64,000 nt of DNA from Azolla caroliniana (GCA_043228905.1 JBHGNT010000009.1:15748001-15812000), one strand, 5' to 3'; positions 49,445 through 61,241 are shown, counted from the first letter of the stretch. Notes: generated by a model from the sequence alone, not told the origin. Program-made: numbers and translations.

Positions 49445-50344
49445 TAGATGAATAGATAGTTTTGCCTAAATTTGTCGTAGCCGCTCCAAATGATCCTCTG
49501 CACTAGGATTTGTGGGTAACTCAGGAGTTTCTAAATCACACCAACAAGGATGATGGATAGTATAAACGTAGAATGGTGTAACCCTAGTAGAGGTGTGGAT
49601 AGAATTATTATAACCAAATTCAATAAAGTGTAGAATATCTACCCAAACATATTGTTGATAGCTTAGGAAATATCGAAGATATTGTTCCAGCGTTTGATTG
49701 GTATGTTCTGCTTGTCCATCTGTTTGGGGATGATAGCCAGAGGAGAGATTACAAGTGATCTTGAGCATTTTGAAGAGATGCTTCCAAAATTCAGAGACGA
49801 ATTGAGGTCCACGATCACTTATGATACTATCGGGAAGACCATGATGCCAAAATACTTCACGCATAACAATTCCCACAGTCTCTTCACTAGTGATTTCTTT
49901 AGTAAAGGGCACGAGATGTGCGATCTTAGCATATCAATCTACGACTGTTAAGATCGTATTGAAGCCCTTCGAATCCAGAAGATCTGTGATAAAATCTAGA
50001 GAAATAGTTTGCCCTTCGAATCCAGAAGATCGGTAACAGGTCCAACAAACCATATGGATGATGTCTAGGCATCTTTGTTCTCCAACATGTATCACATGTC
50101 CGAACATAGTCTTCGAGAAATCTTCGCATATGGGGCCACCAAAATGAACGTTTTACTAAATCCAACATTTTAGTACTACCTGTCAAGGCTGAGAGAGAGA
50201 AAGAGAGAGAAAAAGAGATAGAGAGATAATTGAAAGAGAATTATTATATTGAAGCGTAAAATGGATTACAAAGAGTAGGCTACAAAATGGCGTTGAACCA
50301 ATTTAGGTTTGGGATGGGTGGTAGATCCCTATTTATAAGTAATA

Positions 50345-50515
50345 GAGAACTCTCTAGAATATTCTAGGTTATCCTAGAATGTAGAGTAATCTAGAAGATC
50401 TCTAGAGTATTCTAGAAGGTTCTAGTGGTATAGAACACTCTAGAATATTCTAGGTCATTCTAGAATGTAGAGTAATATAGAATATTCCTATGATATTAGA
50501 TTTCATATTCTAGAG
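50345..50515. promoter_or_regulatory. Heat-shock-element-like nGAAn/nTTCn array in T2 U3 (second copy 55655-55825)
   Basis: TTCtaGAAggTTC (50410-50422), GAAcaCTCtaGAAtaTTC (50433-50450) and further TTCTAGAA/GAATATTC units, just upstream of the minus-strand TATA. Confidence 0.65.
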
Positions 50516-50527
50516 ACTATACATATA

Positions 50528-50600
50528 AGAATATTAATACAATGGTTAAGGATTTGACATGTGTACAACAAGGTCGTGGGTTCAAATCCTTTCGAGTCAT
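50528..50600 (+). promoter_or_regulatory. tRNA-like Pol III module, antisense in the T2 LTR (second copy 55838-55910)
   Basis: TAATACAATGG (50535)..AAGGTCGTGGGTTCAAATCC (B box at 50579); distance 44 nt. Confidence 0.7.
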
Positions 50601-50643
50601 AATGTGAGTGTCATGATCCTTTCGATGCATGATGTGACTGTTA

Positions 50644-53600
50644 TCATGACACTATCCCCCTTCTTCGACGACACGTCTCACGGGTCGTAGGGTTTGTATT
50701 AGGACCTGGTTTACAAGGATATTGGCGATGAAATGCATTGACGAGTTCTGCAGCATTGGAAAGATTTCTGGCAGGTTCCCAAGTTCGATCATTGGGGGTA
50801 TAGCCTAGCCAATCGACCAAGTAATACAACTTGTTGCGCACGATTTTAGAATCGAGAACGGCAGCAACTTCAAATTCAAGCCCGTCCAAGAACTCGACAG
50901 GTGGTGGGGGTGTCATAAGACGGCCCGGAATTGAACTTGTAGTATAAGGTTCCAAAAGGGATACATGAAACACCGGATGAAGATGCATGTGCGGAGGGAG
51001 GTCAAGACGAAATGCAACATCACTTATCTTACCAGTGATCATGTAAGAGGGCCAAAACGTTGGTAATCCAATTTACTGCAAGGTCGAGTGGTCTTGATGT
51101 TGTGTTGGAGAAGCCATACATGATCCCCAATGCGGAACTTTTTTGAGGAGTCTAGACGATGACGATCGGCAAGCCTCTTGTGTGTAAATTGAGCATCGTG
51201 CAAATTGTGGAGAATGTTAGCTTGAATTTCTTGGAGGCGACTAAGACGATCCTCGGCAGCAGGGTTGGTAGGAACTTCTGGATGCGCATTCATCGTCCAT
51301 CGAGGATGACAGCCCGTATTTGCGAAAAATGGGGAATATCCTGTAGAAGAATGGGCTGAGTTGTTGTAAGCGAATTCCGCCAAGTGCAAAAATGCAACCC
51401 AATCATCTTGTTGATAGTTGATGAAACAACAAAGATATTGTTCCAATGTCTGGTTGGTACGCTCTGTTTGGCCATTTGTTTCAGGATGATAGCCCGAAGA
51501 AAGCTTAACTGAAATGTGGAGAAGTTTGAACAGGTGCTTCCAAAACTTTGAGATGAATTGTGGACCACGATCACTAATAATATCATCTGGCAGACCATGA
51601 TGCTTAAATACCTCCCGCATAACGAGATCAGCCGTCTCTTGACTAGTAATCGACTTTGTACATGGCAAGAAATGTGCCATTTTGGTAAATCGATCAACCA
51701 CTGTGAGAATTGCATCAAAACCTTTTGAAACTGGGAGATCAGTAATGAAGTCCAAGGATATAGACTTCCAAGGTGTTTCCGGAATGGGAAGTGGTTGTAG
51801 TAAGCCATAGGGTCGGTGACGAGGATTCTTTGATCGACAACATATATCACAACTCCGAACATACTCCTCAACAAAATGACGAAGGCGAGGCCACCAATAG
51901 CGTCGAGAAATTAATTCTAGAGTCTTGTGAACTCCAAAATGACCAGCCATTGGTGAGTCATGGCAATGTTGCAAAACTTGTAGCCATGGGGGACCATCAG
52001 GAACATACAATAAATTTTGTCGAAATAGAAAACCATCATGCCAATAGAACTGACAATAGTCATTACGAGGATTTTTCGACTGTGAGCAAGAAGCACGATC
52101 CGGGACGATATGATCCAAAACATCCTTGACGAAATCATCAGTGGCCATATGATCTCGAATGGAATCAAGAAGAGTGGAATTTTCAAGAGCTGTTATGGCG
52201 TTAACTACCATTAATCGTAATCGATTAGGACCCAAAAGGATTTGTTTTTGATGCTCAAAAGCAAGTTCCCCTGGACGAAGTTCCATATAAGAGCGCCGAG
52301 AAAGAGCATCTGCTTTGCCTTGCTACATCCCAGGGCGATATATGATGATAAAGTCGAAGTGAGTCAAAAATTGCGCCCACCGGGCTTGTCGCCGACTCAA
52401 GACTCGAGCATTTTGGAAATAAGTCAGGTTCTTATGATCATTGTAGACAATGATCTGCTGAGAAGAACCTTCTAGGAAATGTCGCCATTGTTGAAACGAA
52501 TCCACGATTTCAAGAAGCTCTTTGTCATGGATCTCGTAGTTGATCTCTGCAGCTTCAAACTTTCGTGAATGAAAGGCGACAGGGTGTAGTTGTCCATCAT
52601 CTCCAGTCTGCGAGAGGACACTCCCTAGTGCAAAATCGGATGCATCGGCTTCGAGGATGAATCGTTTTGTTGGGTCGACATGTGCTAAGATAGGTGCCGT
52701 TGTAAATGCTCGTTTTAAGCTTTCGAATGCCTCGGATGCATCTGAACTCCATATAAATGGTTGATCTTTATGTGTGAGCTAAGTAAGCGGAAGCACAACC
52801 TTGGAATAATCTTTAATAAATTTTCGATAAAAATTTGCAAACCCGAGAAAACATTGCACATCACGCACTGAAAGGGGCGTTTGCCACTCTAAAATTGCCT
52901 GTACCTTCATGGGGTCCATAGCAATACCATTTGACGATACAACATACCCCAAAAATTCCACTTGATTCTGGCCGAAACTACACTTTTCTAATTTTGCGTA
53001 GAGACCATATTCTCGGAGTCGGCACAGTACTTGACGAACATGTGCATCATGCTCCTCTTGGGTCTTTGAGTAGATTAAAATATCATCTAGGTAAACTATA
53101 GTGAAGATATCAAGAAAATCTCGAAAAATATCGTTCGCCATATGTTGGAAAACAGCAGGTGCATTCGTGAGACCAAATGGCATCACTGTATACTCAAAAT
53201 GTCCATAGCGAGTGCGGAAAGCTGTCTTCCATTCATCCCCCGGGCGAATCCGAACTAGATTATATGCTCCGCGAAGGTCCAACTTCGTGAAATATTTTGC
53301 ACCACTGAGATGTTCCAAAAGATTCGGGATTAATGGTAGAGCATATCTATTTCGGATAGTCACTTTGTTTAGCCCTCGATAATCCACGACCAACCGAAGA
53401 GTCCCATTCTTCTTCTTAACGAAGAAGATAGGTGCACCAGCAGGGGATCTAGAATGCCGAATGAATCCGTTTGCTAGATTCTCATCAATATATTCCCGCA
53501 AAGTCTCTAGCTCTACAGGGGAGAGATTATAAATTGGGCCCCATGGAGGTTCTTTCCCTGGTTGTAAGTCAATAGGGCAGTCGTATGGCCGATGCTCCGG

Positions 53601-54296
53601 CAATGTATTGGCCTTCACCTTATCAAAGACATCTGAAAACTCCTTGTATTTCTCTGGTAGTTTAATATCCGCGTCACGTGAAGTGGATGATGGAGTTGCT
53701 ACTATTGCGAAGACGAACATGGCCTCGTTCCCCCCTTCCTCCCGCAACTGTCGTAAAGAGATGGGCGATAACTCCGGGGATCTATTAGCACATGTAGGAG
53801 AGAGGGATGCGGGATTTGTGCTTTTTTCCCGAGTCTCCTCAATTGTTCTTTTCATCCAATCAATCTTCGGGTTATGGAGTTCAAACCAGGGGAGACCTAG
53901 AACTATTGGGTGGTCCGGACTACGAATAATATTGAAAGAGATTAGGCTTGCCAAATTTCCAAGAACTATCCTAATTGGCTCGGACTCCTCGACTATATCT
54001 CCTGATGCTATGGGACGTCCATCGATGACTCCTACGGCTACTGGGTTGGGAAGCTTATTCAAGAGGATGTTTTGTGACAAGGCAAATTCACGATCCATGA
54101 AACAAGAGTTGGCTCCAGAATCTAGAAGGGCAGAGGCTAGGACTCGATGACATGTAGATGTGGTAAGCTCGACTTGTGCTGAAAAAACTCGACTCACTTG
54201 ATTTGATGAAATGGAACCACGACTAGGAACTAACTCTACATAGCTAGGATGGTCCAGCCAAATGGCTCCTATTTTGGCCGGACTTACTCGTTTAAC
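50644..54296 (-). pseudogene. pol: T2 pol (PR-RT-RH-IN-chromodomain) with TAG stops at 52779 and 52323 and frameshifts
   Basis: LLDSGA, YLDD, DRGPQFIS, EFEVAAVLDSK..YLVDWLGY..TWEP. Confidence 0.92.
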
Positions 54297-55408
54297 ACAT
54301 CCTCTAATTGACTCAAGACATCGAATCTATTCTCATGACATGGACTATGAGGCTTATTTATGTTATTAGAAGTAACAATAGAACTCGATGTAGGGTTTTC
54401 ATGGGCACTTACTTGGTATACTTGACGCCTAGGTTTATGTGGACAATTTACAGCTATATGTCCTGGACCACCACAATACAGGCAGAGGCGATGCGCTCGA
54501 CGTCGTTGCTTCTCAGCATCTGATAACGGCCCACGACGTTGTGTTGACTCTATTTCCATCGGAGTTGGGCCATCCCTTGTAATGGGTCTAGAAACTTGTG
54601 GAGGCGTTGCGACTACGGAAGCGTAAGTCTGTTCAGGTTGACGGCGTAACATTTGTTGGCGCTCAGAACGTCGCTCAAATAGGCGATTATCACATCGCAC
54701 AGCTCGACTAATGGCTTCTGTAAGTGACTTCGGATCTTCAGGGAAAGTAAGAAGAAGATCTTTGACATCATTTCTCAAACCTTGACGGAATTGATCCATT
54801 AAAGCTGCCTCATCCCAAGGGATATCGCATGCCAAGAGACGGAAATCGGCTGCATAAGACGACGCGGGACGATCTCCTTGTCGGAGCCTTTGAATCTTGT
54901 TTATCGCTGTCCTAGTGCTGTCGGTGTCTCCGAAACTAGCTTGAAACTCTTTAACAAAGGCCTCGAAATCCTCCAGCAATGGTGATTTCTTCTCGAGAAG
55001 TGGTGCGAACCATGCTAACGCCGTACCGCATAGCAAAGTTCCCACTAATCTCACACGAGCAGCATCAGTTGGATACCGATTGGGATGTAGCTGAATAACT
55101 AAACGAACTTGATTCAAAAAGCCTCGAAATAAAGACCTCGTACCATCAAACTTGGCAGGGAGGCTGATCTTTGGCTCTCTAGGGGAGTTCTGAGCCCCCG
55201 ACGCTTGCTCTCGTAATGACAATATAGTCGCCTCAAGTTGATGAACCCGTTGTGATAACTCTTCATATTGTTGAGCTTTTTCGGCGCTCACGTGCTGTAG
55301 ATCTCCAAGTAGCCTTTGATTCTCATGCTCTAATGCCACAAATTTATTCGTGAGCATGTCGAGCTCAGAAAGAACACACATGTATTCTTGTTTGCTCACG
55401 GACTCCAT
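54284..55408 (-). CDS. gag: T2 gag (intact, 374 aa)
   Basis: PAKFDG, LRQG..YAADF, PTPMEI, CLYCGGPGHIAVNC. Confidence 0.92.
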   Translation of the reverse strand: MESVSKQEYMCVLSELDMLTNKFVALEHENQRLLGDLQHVSAEKAQQYEELSQRVHQLEATILSLREQASGAQNSPREPKISLPAKFDGTRSLFRGFLNQVRLVIQLHPNRYPTDAARVRLVGTLLCGTALAWFAPLLEKKSPLLEDFEAFVKEFQASFGDTDSTRTAINKIQRLRQGDRPASSYAADFRLLACDIPWDEAALMDQFRQGLRNDVKDLLLTFPEDPKSLTEAISRAVRCDNRLFERRSERQQMLRRQPEQTYASVVATPPQVSRPITRDGPTPMEIESTQRRGPLSDAEKQRRRAHRLCLYCGGPGHIAVNCPHKPRRQVYQVSAHENPTSSSIVTSNNINKPHSPCHENRFDVLSQLEDVLNE

Positions 55409-56338
55409 AGCTTATGAGGGGAGAGGAGAAGGAAGAAGAGTTCTCAGTCTTGACAGACGAAGAGATGAAAGGAAAAAAATTGGTTCAAACTGTCAAGACT
55501 GAGAGAGAGAAAGAGAGAGAAAAAGAGATAGAGAGATAATTGAAAGAGAATTATTATATTGAAGCGTAAAATGGATTACAAAGAGTAGGCTACAAAATGG
55601 CGTTGAACCAATTTAGGTTTGGGATGGGTGGTAGATCCCTATTTATAAGTAATAGAGAACTCTCTAGAATATTCTAGGTTATCCTAGAATGTAGAGTAAT
55701 CTAGAAGATCTCTAGAGTATTCTAGAAGGTTCTAGTGGTATAGAACACTCTAGAATATTCTAGGTCATTCTAGAATGTAGAGTAATATAGAATATTCCTA
55801 TGATATTAGATTTCATATTCTAGAAACTATACATATAAGAATATTAATACAATGGTTAAGGATTTGACATGTGTACAACAAGGTCGTGGGTTCAAATCCT
55901 TTCGAGTCATAATGTGAGTGTCATGATCCTTTCGATGCATGATGTGACTGTTATCATGACACTACCAAAATGTTCGGCTATGTATGTGTCATGACAATTT
56001 TGTACTATTCGAAGGCGACAAGAACCATTGGGAACATACAAAAGTTTCTTAAAGAAGAGTAAACAATCATGACATTTGAATTGTCGATAATCCGTACCTA
56101 GTTGTTGTGACCGTGAACAAGATGCTCGAGAGGGATTTATTTGATCTAGAATAGCTTGAGCAAAACATCTGTCTTCAAATCTTCACGTATGTTATTGATA
56201 ATTCAAGAACCCAATGGAGTGTCAAAAACCCACGTCGCAAAAGATTCGACTATTGCTAATAGCACCTTATAATGTATCTCATAGTTTATTTCGGCGGCGT
56301 CAAATTTGCGCGAGTGGAAAGCCACGAGATGTAGCTTC

Positions 56339-57762
56339 TATCACGAATGGGTGGAATGAGGCTAAGCAAGATCACAAGATTGTCAAGGACAAGTAGATGA
56401 GGCTCAATATTAAGAGATAGCGGGAGAGAGAGCATAGACAAGAGAACAAGCAAGAGGAGGATAGACAAATAAACAAGAATTGTATATGCTTTCGTAACTG
56501 GTGTTGTTCACCTTGATTGTAATCAAGGTGCACCCCAGTATTTGTGGAGGCATGCATGAAAGCTAGAAGACTTCTAGAGAAGATGCATTCTCTATAAGGT
56601 TCTTGAAAGTTCTAGTGATCAATCGATAATGAAATAAGTTGAGTCTTACACAATATAATAATGCATAGATGGATGTAGCTCAATTGGTAATGTTTCCCAA
56701 TAAGATCAGAAGGTCATGGGTTCAACCCCCACCATTCCATGCGGCATCCTGTCTATGACATTATCCTCCCTCTAAGGCCACCTCCTTGGACCTGCAGTCA
56801 GTTTTTGTGGATAACGTTCATGAAATTCTCGAACTATGTCTGGGGCATGCTTGAGATGATGTGTCGGCTCCCATGTTGCTTTAGACATCGGGTACCCTTT
56901 CCAAAGGACAAGGTATTGAAGCTGGCGATGGAAGAGACGAGAGTCGAGAATTTGGTCGACCTCATATTCTTCTCCAGTTGAGAGCTGGATTGGTGGTGGA
57001 GGAGATGGGTGTGAACCGGAGATTTCAGATATATGGCGAGGTTTTATAAGGGAGACAGAATACATTATGAACACGAAAGTGGGATGGTAGCTCTAAGCGG
57101 ACAACCATGGAACCAATTTTCTCAATGATTCGGAAAGGGCCTAACTTCTTGTAATCAAGCTTCGGACAAGGACGAGTGGTAGCAATATTGCGACGGAGAA
57201 GCCAAACAAAGTCTCCTACGTCGAACTGGGGAGCATCTAAGCAATGACGGTCAGCTTGCTCCTTGTAGCATTCGCCAACGAGGTTGAGCTCCTAGGAAAG
57301 ATCATGATGTACATCTTCCAAGAGATGTGCCCGGTCCTCCGTAGAAGGATTGACAGAGTCTGAGGGAAGCGAAATGTTGAAGTGGGGGTGGACACCGTAG
57401 TTGGCGAAAAATGGAGTAATTGTTGTAGATGCATGCAGAGAGTTGTTGTAGGCGAACTCATCAAGTGGGAGAAGGTCAACCCAGTTGTCTTGTTGGTAAT
57501 TAAGAGAGCACCACAAGTATTGTTCCAAGATTTGGTTAACCCGCTCCGTTTTTCCATCGGTTTGTGGATGATAAGCGGAAGATAGATTCACAGTACAACC
57601 AAAGGTTTGCAGAAGGTGCCGCTAGAAGTTGGAAACAAATTGTGCTCCTCGATCAGAAGTGATATCGTTCGGGAGTCCACATACTCGAACTACATTTTTG
57701 AAAAACAAATCGGTTGTCTCCTCTCCGGTAATGGTTTTGGCACATGGAGCAAAATGAGCAAT
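56339..57762 (-). mobile_element. T3: 3' part of another chromovirus (3' LTR 56339-56760, chromodomain, IN), inserted in the T0 RH
   Basis: PPT AGAGGGAGGATAA; EEYEVDQILDSR..YLVLWKGY..TWEP; SSAYHPQTDGKTERVN. Confidence 0.85.
56669..56740 (+). promoter_or_regulatory. tRNA-like Pol III module, antisense in the T3 LTR
   Basis: A box TAGCTCAATTGG (56676), AGATCAGAAGGTC, B box GGTTCAACCCC (56719); acceptor-like ATGGATG/CATTCCAT; T-stem TGGG/CCCA. Confidence 0.8.
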
Positions 57763-58269
57763 TGTTGTTCAGTCGACAATTACTACTTTGCTGATACAGT
57801 ATAGGACAAACGTTCGTACCGAACGTTCTATCAAGAAGTGTGGTTTAGACGAATAGATACGAATTAGTTGTAAACTTATCGGTGATAACAGACACCGAGA
57901 TCGTGACTTATGTAATATAGCTTAGACAGAATGAAATAGATAGCAAGAGTGATTCGTACACAGAGGTTTCCTAACTAAACTTTATATTACTAAATACAAC
58001 GATAGATTTTTACAATGCCTTGGGTTCCTTTTATGGGTAACCCGAAGGTCTTTTCTCATCAAGAAATCCTACTACCTATAATTATCAAGAATTACAAAAA
58101 TTCATAACTAACTATATCCTATTCGGCTATCTACTGAGTCATCGATCCAAACTGTCGATCCGACTCCGACTCTGACTCCGACGCCTCCATACTTGTCCGG
58201 GTAACACTTGGCACGCCCGTGGGCCAGGACATTGTTCGGCGAACCCACGATAACCCCTTCACTCCTACT

Positions 58270-60997
58270 GTTCTGAGGAATGATCTTCCTCCAACTCCAA
58301 ATCCTCGTCTGCATCGTCTTGCAGAATGTTGAACAATGAGGGTTCCTCTTCCTATGGTGCCACGCTAACATCGTCTTCGTCTCCATCTTCGGCGTCCTCG
58401 TCCTCGTCGTTTACCTGGTGTGCTTCTTCGGTCGATGGTCTTGGAACTGTTGAATCTGGTGCTCCGAGTCCAGGTGTTTTACGTACTCTTTCAGCTTCGA
58501 TATTGTCAAACTCGACGGACGTATCGACATCATGCTTGTCGCATTCTTGCATGATTCGGTTAACTTCTTCTTCGATATTGTCTATCTTCCTGAACCGTGC
58601 TCATTTCTTCCTCCGACATCTTGAGGAAGCCTTTGCCTTGAACTTTTCTATTTTCTCTCTCGGCTTGTAATAGCTGAAGCTCTGCAACTTGCGCCGACCA
58701 TGTTTGCCAACCCTTCTCCAGCGATTCATTGACCAATTTTATGGTGTTAAGCCGGTGACGTCTTATGAGTACTTGAACCCTGTCCTTAGTCATACTTGCT
58801 TCAAACTATGTTGTTGCCAATGTTCGTCGTAAATCAATGATTACCGCAATGGTATCACCTTCGGCCTGCACCAGTTTGGATTGTGCCACTAAGAGGTCAA
58901 GTCACCTTTTCTCGGAGATCGTTTGCACTTCTGCACATCGCTTTTCCAGCTTCTCTTTCTCTGCATTCCAGTCGTTCTGCTGCTGAATAAGTTTTTCCGT
59001 TGATTTCTTTTATCAGTTTGTCTCTTCCAGCCAATTGTGTTGTAAAACAAGTCTCTTGGTTGCTCACTTACTCTTCCAATTCTTCGACTTGTTACCTTGT
59101 AGCCTTTTGTTGTTGGGCTAACTGTCGGTGTAAACCTTGTATCAAATTATCTTTTTCCTCTAAGCATTTGTCGGCCATTGTTTTTGCCGACTGTAATCGA
59201 TCCTCCATTTCTTTGGATCTGTCTTTGGCCTTTTCTACCCCTAATTTCTGCTTCTCTTCATGCTTTTTCGGCTTGTTCCAACTTCTGTTATAGTTCTGAA
59301 TCCGACTCCAAAGGTTGGCTTTGTTACTCTAGTTGTAATATCTGCTCTCTCGCTTTTTCTAGAGCTACTTGTTCTTCCCGCAGTTTATCCTTCAACTACT
59401 GATTTTCTTCCTGCTTCTGTGTATACTATACATTAAGCACATTTGTTGCTGTCGTTCCCCTTTTGTATAATTCGGCCATATCCTTGGCTACTCTGGTAGC
59501 CTTTTCATATTCCCTGTGAACTTCGACCAGTGCCTCATGTAGTGGTGGTATCTGGATGGCTTCACCTTTATTTTTAGCATTTCGATGTCGACCAATTCTA
59601 TCTACTTCTGCTTGCTCATTGGGTTCGACAGCTCCACATAATGACTTTTGGATCATTATTTGATCACGGTGCTCTTGCGCCATTCTGTCCGACACTTCTT
59701 GGAGTCTTTTAGCTAAGCATTCTACCAGTTCATATGACGTTCCGAACTGTCGAATGGCAGCTAGCTCATGTGCTGCTGTCGAGATGTTGGAAAAACCAAG
59801 TGCCTCTTGCACCATTGCCGTTGATACCTGCCCTTTTTGAATTCGTGACGTGTCATCGGGATTGACACGAGGTACTTGTGTGCTTTGGGTGGCTTGAACA
59901 TTGGTTCTCTGTTTCTTCTGCGCAGGTTCTTCTTGCTCTAGTCTAGAATATCTTTGGGACCGTTGTTTAACCTTGCGCTGCTTCGGCGGTTGTTGCTCTG
60001 TGTTGACTTGTGTCGATTCTTGCTATTGTGTTTGTTGCTCGTCTATCGTCTCTGGTTGTTGCGTCCTCGGTGGTTGAAACTCGGGATGTTGAGTGGTCGG
60101 TTGCTGGTCAAGTTCGGGTTGCAGTGTCGACTATTGAGACTGCGTCGACTGTTGTTTTTCCGATTCTTGTTGTTGCCTAGGTTCCAATTGGTCGAATTTG
60201 GTCTGAGTGTTATCGTCTTGCGCCGACTTTTCTTTCCCCCACTCTTCCCGTTGGACTTGTCGTCAGGTTCGGGATGACTCTACTTGAGGCGGCCTACGCA
60301 CTCTGATCGGTTTTCCGTCTTTGGAGCAGGAAATAATACTGATAACCAACGAGCAAAAATCGGCTTCATTTGTTTTCCCTTCTAAACTTCGTACAATTTC
60401 TCTCTCAGAGCTTTTGCCGACAGTAGCCCCCAATCGAAAGCTTCACCTTCGTAAGTGGCGATGATAAATATGGCCCTCTTTTTTGGCATAAAGTAGAATC
60501 TCGGACTAACAAATCCTAATTCCAATAAAAACTTTGGAACTTCATGAAAAAATACATACCTACCTCCCTGTGTCTGATACGCTTTGGTGGAGGGTAAATA
60601 CTCACCAAAATAGGAACGCAAACCATCTTTTGTGACCTTGTTGACAACGTCGAACCCGCCTCTTGGCATCTCCAACGCCACTCTTACCTTCTTAGTAGTG
60701 ATCGTAGAGACATCGATTTCTTCCATCAAAGCCTCGGCGTGCAGGTGCGGTTCTGCTTCTGCGACTTTCAAGAATCCTTGTAAATTATTGCGAACGAGCC
60801 AACGACACAAGTTATTAGATACAGTAATCCGGCATATTGTCGCCGTCGATTGACAGATCATCGCTTTGTGTTGGTGGTGGAAAATGTTGTGGGCTATGGC
60901 AGAGAAGATCAGAAAACCTGTGAGCACGAATACGTTTCTGCTTCTGTGGTGAAACAGACATTACAGAAATAGGTTTTAAGGAAATAATTCCTTGCAT
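58270..60997 (-). pseudogene. P1 additional 3' ORF of unknown function, degraded
   Basis: Sense-strand fragments between IN and PPT: globular N-part (60382-60927), Q/T/P/R-rich linker, E/Q/K-rich coiled-coil-like segment, acidic tail (58352-58552). Confidence 0.6.
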
Positions 60998-61241
60998 GAT
61001 GCCTAGGGAATAAAAGTACTATTAATGTAAGTAATGACAATGTGTACTAGTAGAGTATAGCTAGAAATAGCAATAATGACTAATAGAAGCATGCCTCCAC
61101 TACTTCTTACTTATAGCCTTCTTAAATTATTCCAAGATTCCCCCTTAAATTATTCCAAGATTCCCCTTTTCTACAGTTAGTTATGATTTGGCAAGAAAAT
61201 TTTCTGTAGTTAGTTTTTTTCTTTTTTTTGACATTGTCACG

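Larger units (their letters stand above)
50181..55961 (-). mobile_element. T2: young full-length Tcn1-like chromovirus
   Basis: 471-bp LTRs 55491-55961 and 50181-50651 (about 2 differences seen); TSD CTACC/CTACC; PPT GAAGAAGGGGGATAG. Confidence 0.97.
48676..56338 (-). mobile_element. T0: old Tcn1-like chromovirus (3' LTR stub 48676-48717, chromodomain, IN, RH fragment), split by T2
   Basis: PPT AAGGGGGGGATAG; EDGPEYEVAAILDSK..YLVDWLGY..TWEP; SDRGPQFVS, YHPQTDGQAE; [18 protein letters not shown] near 56280-56338. Confidence 0.85.

Noticed and set aside
59954-60277. Hydrophobic Leu-rich plus-strand ORF as an envelope/transmembrane protein
   Set aside because: It is the antisense of the Q/T/N/K-rich linker of the P1 extra ORF.
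61121-61166. 23-bp tandem duplication (also 15-bp at 38341-38370 and 21-bp at 49964/50011)
   Set aside because: Ordinary slippage or repair duplications in decayed elements, with no sign of function.
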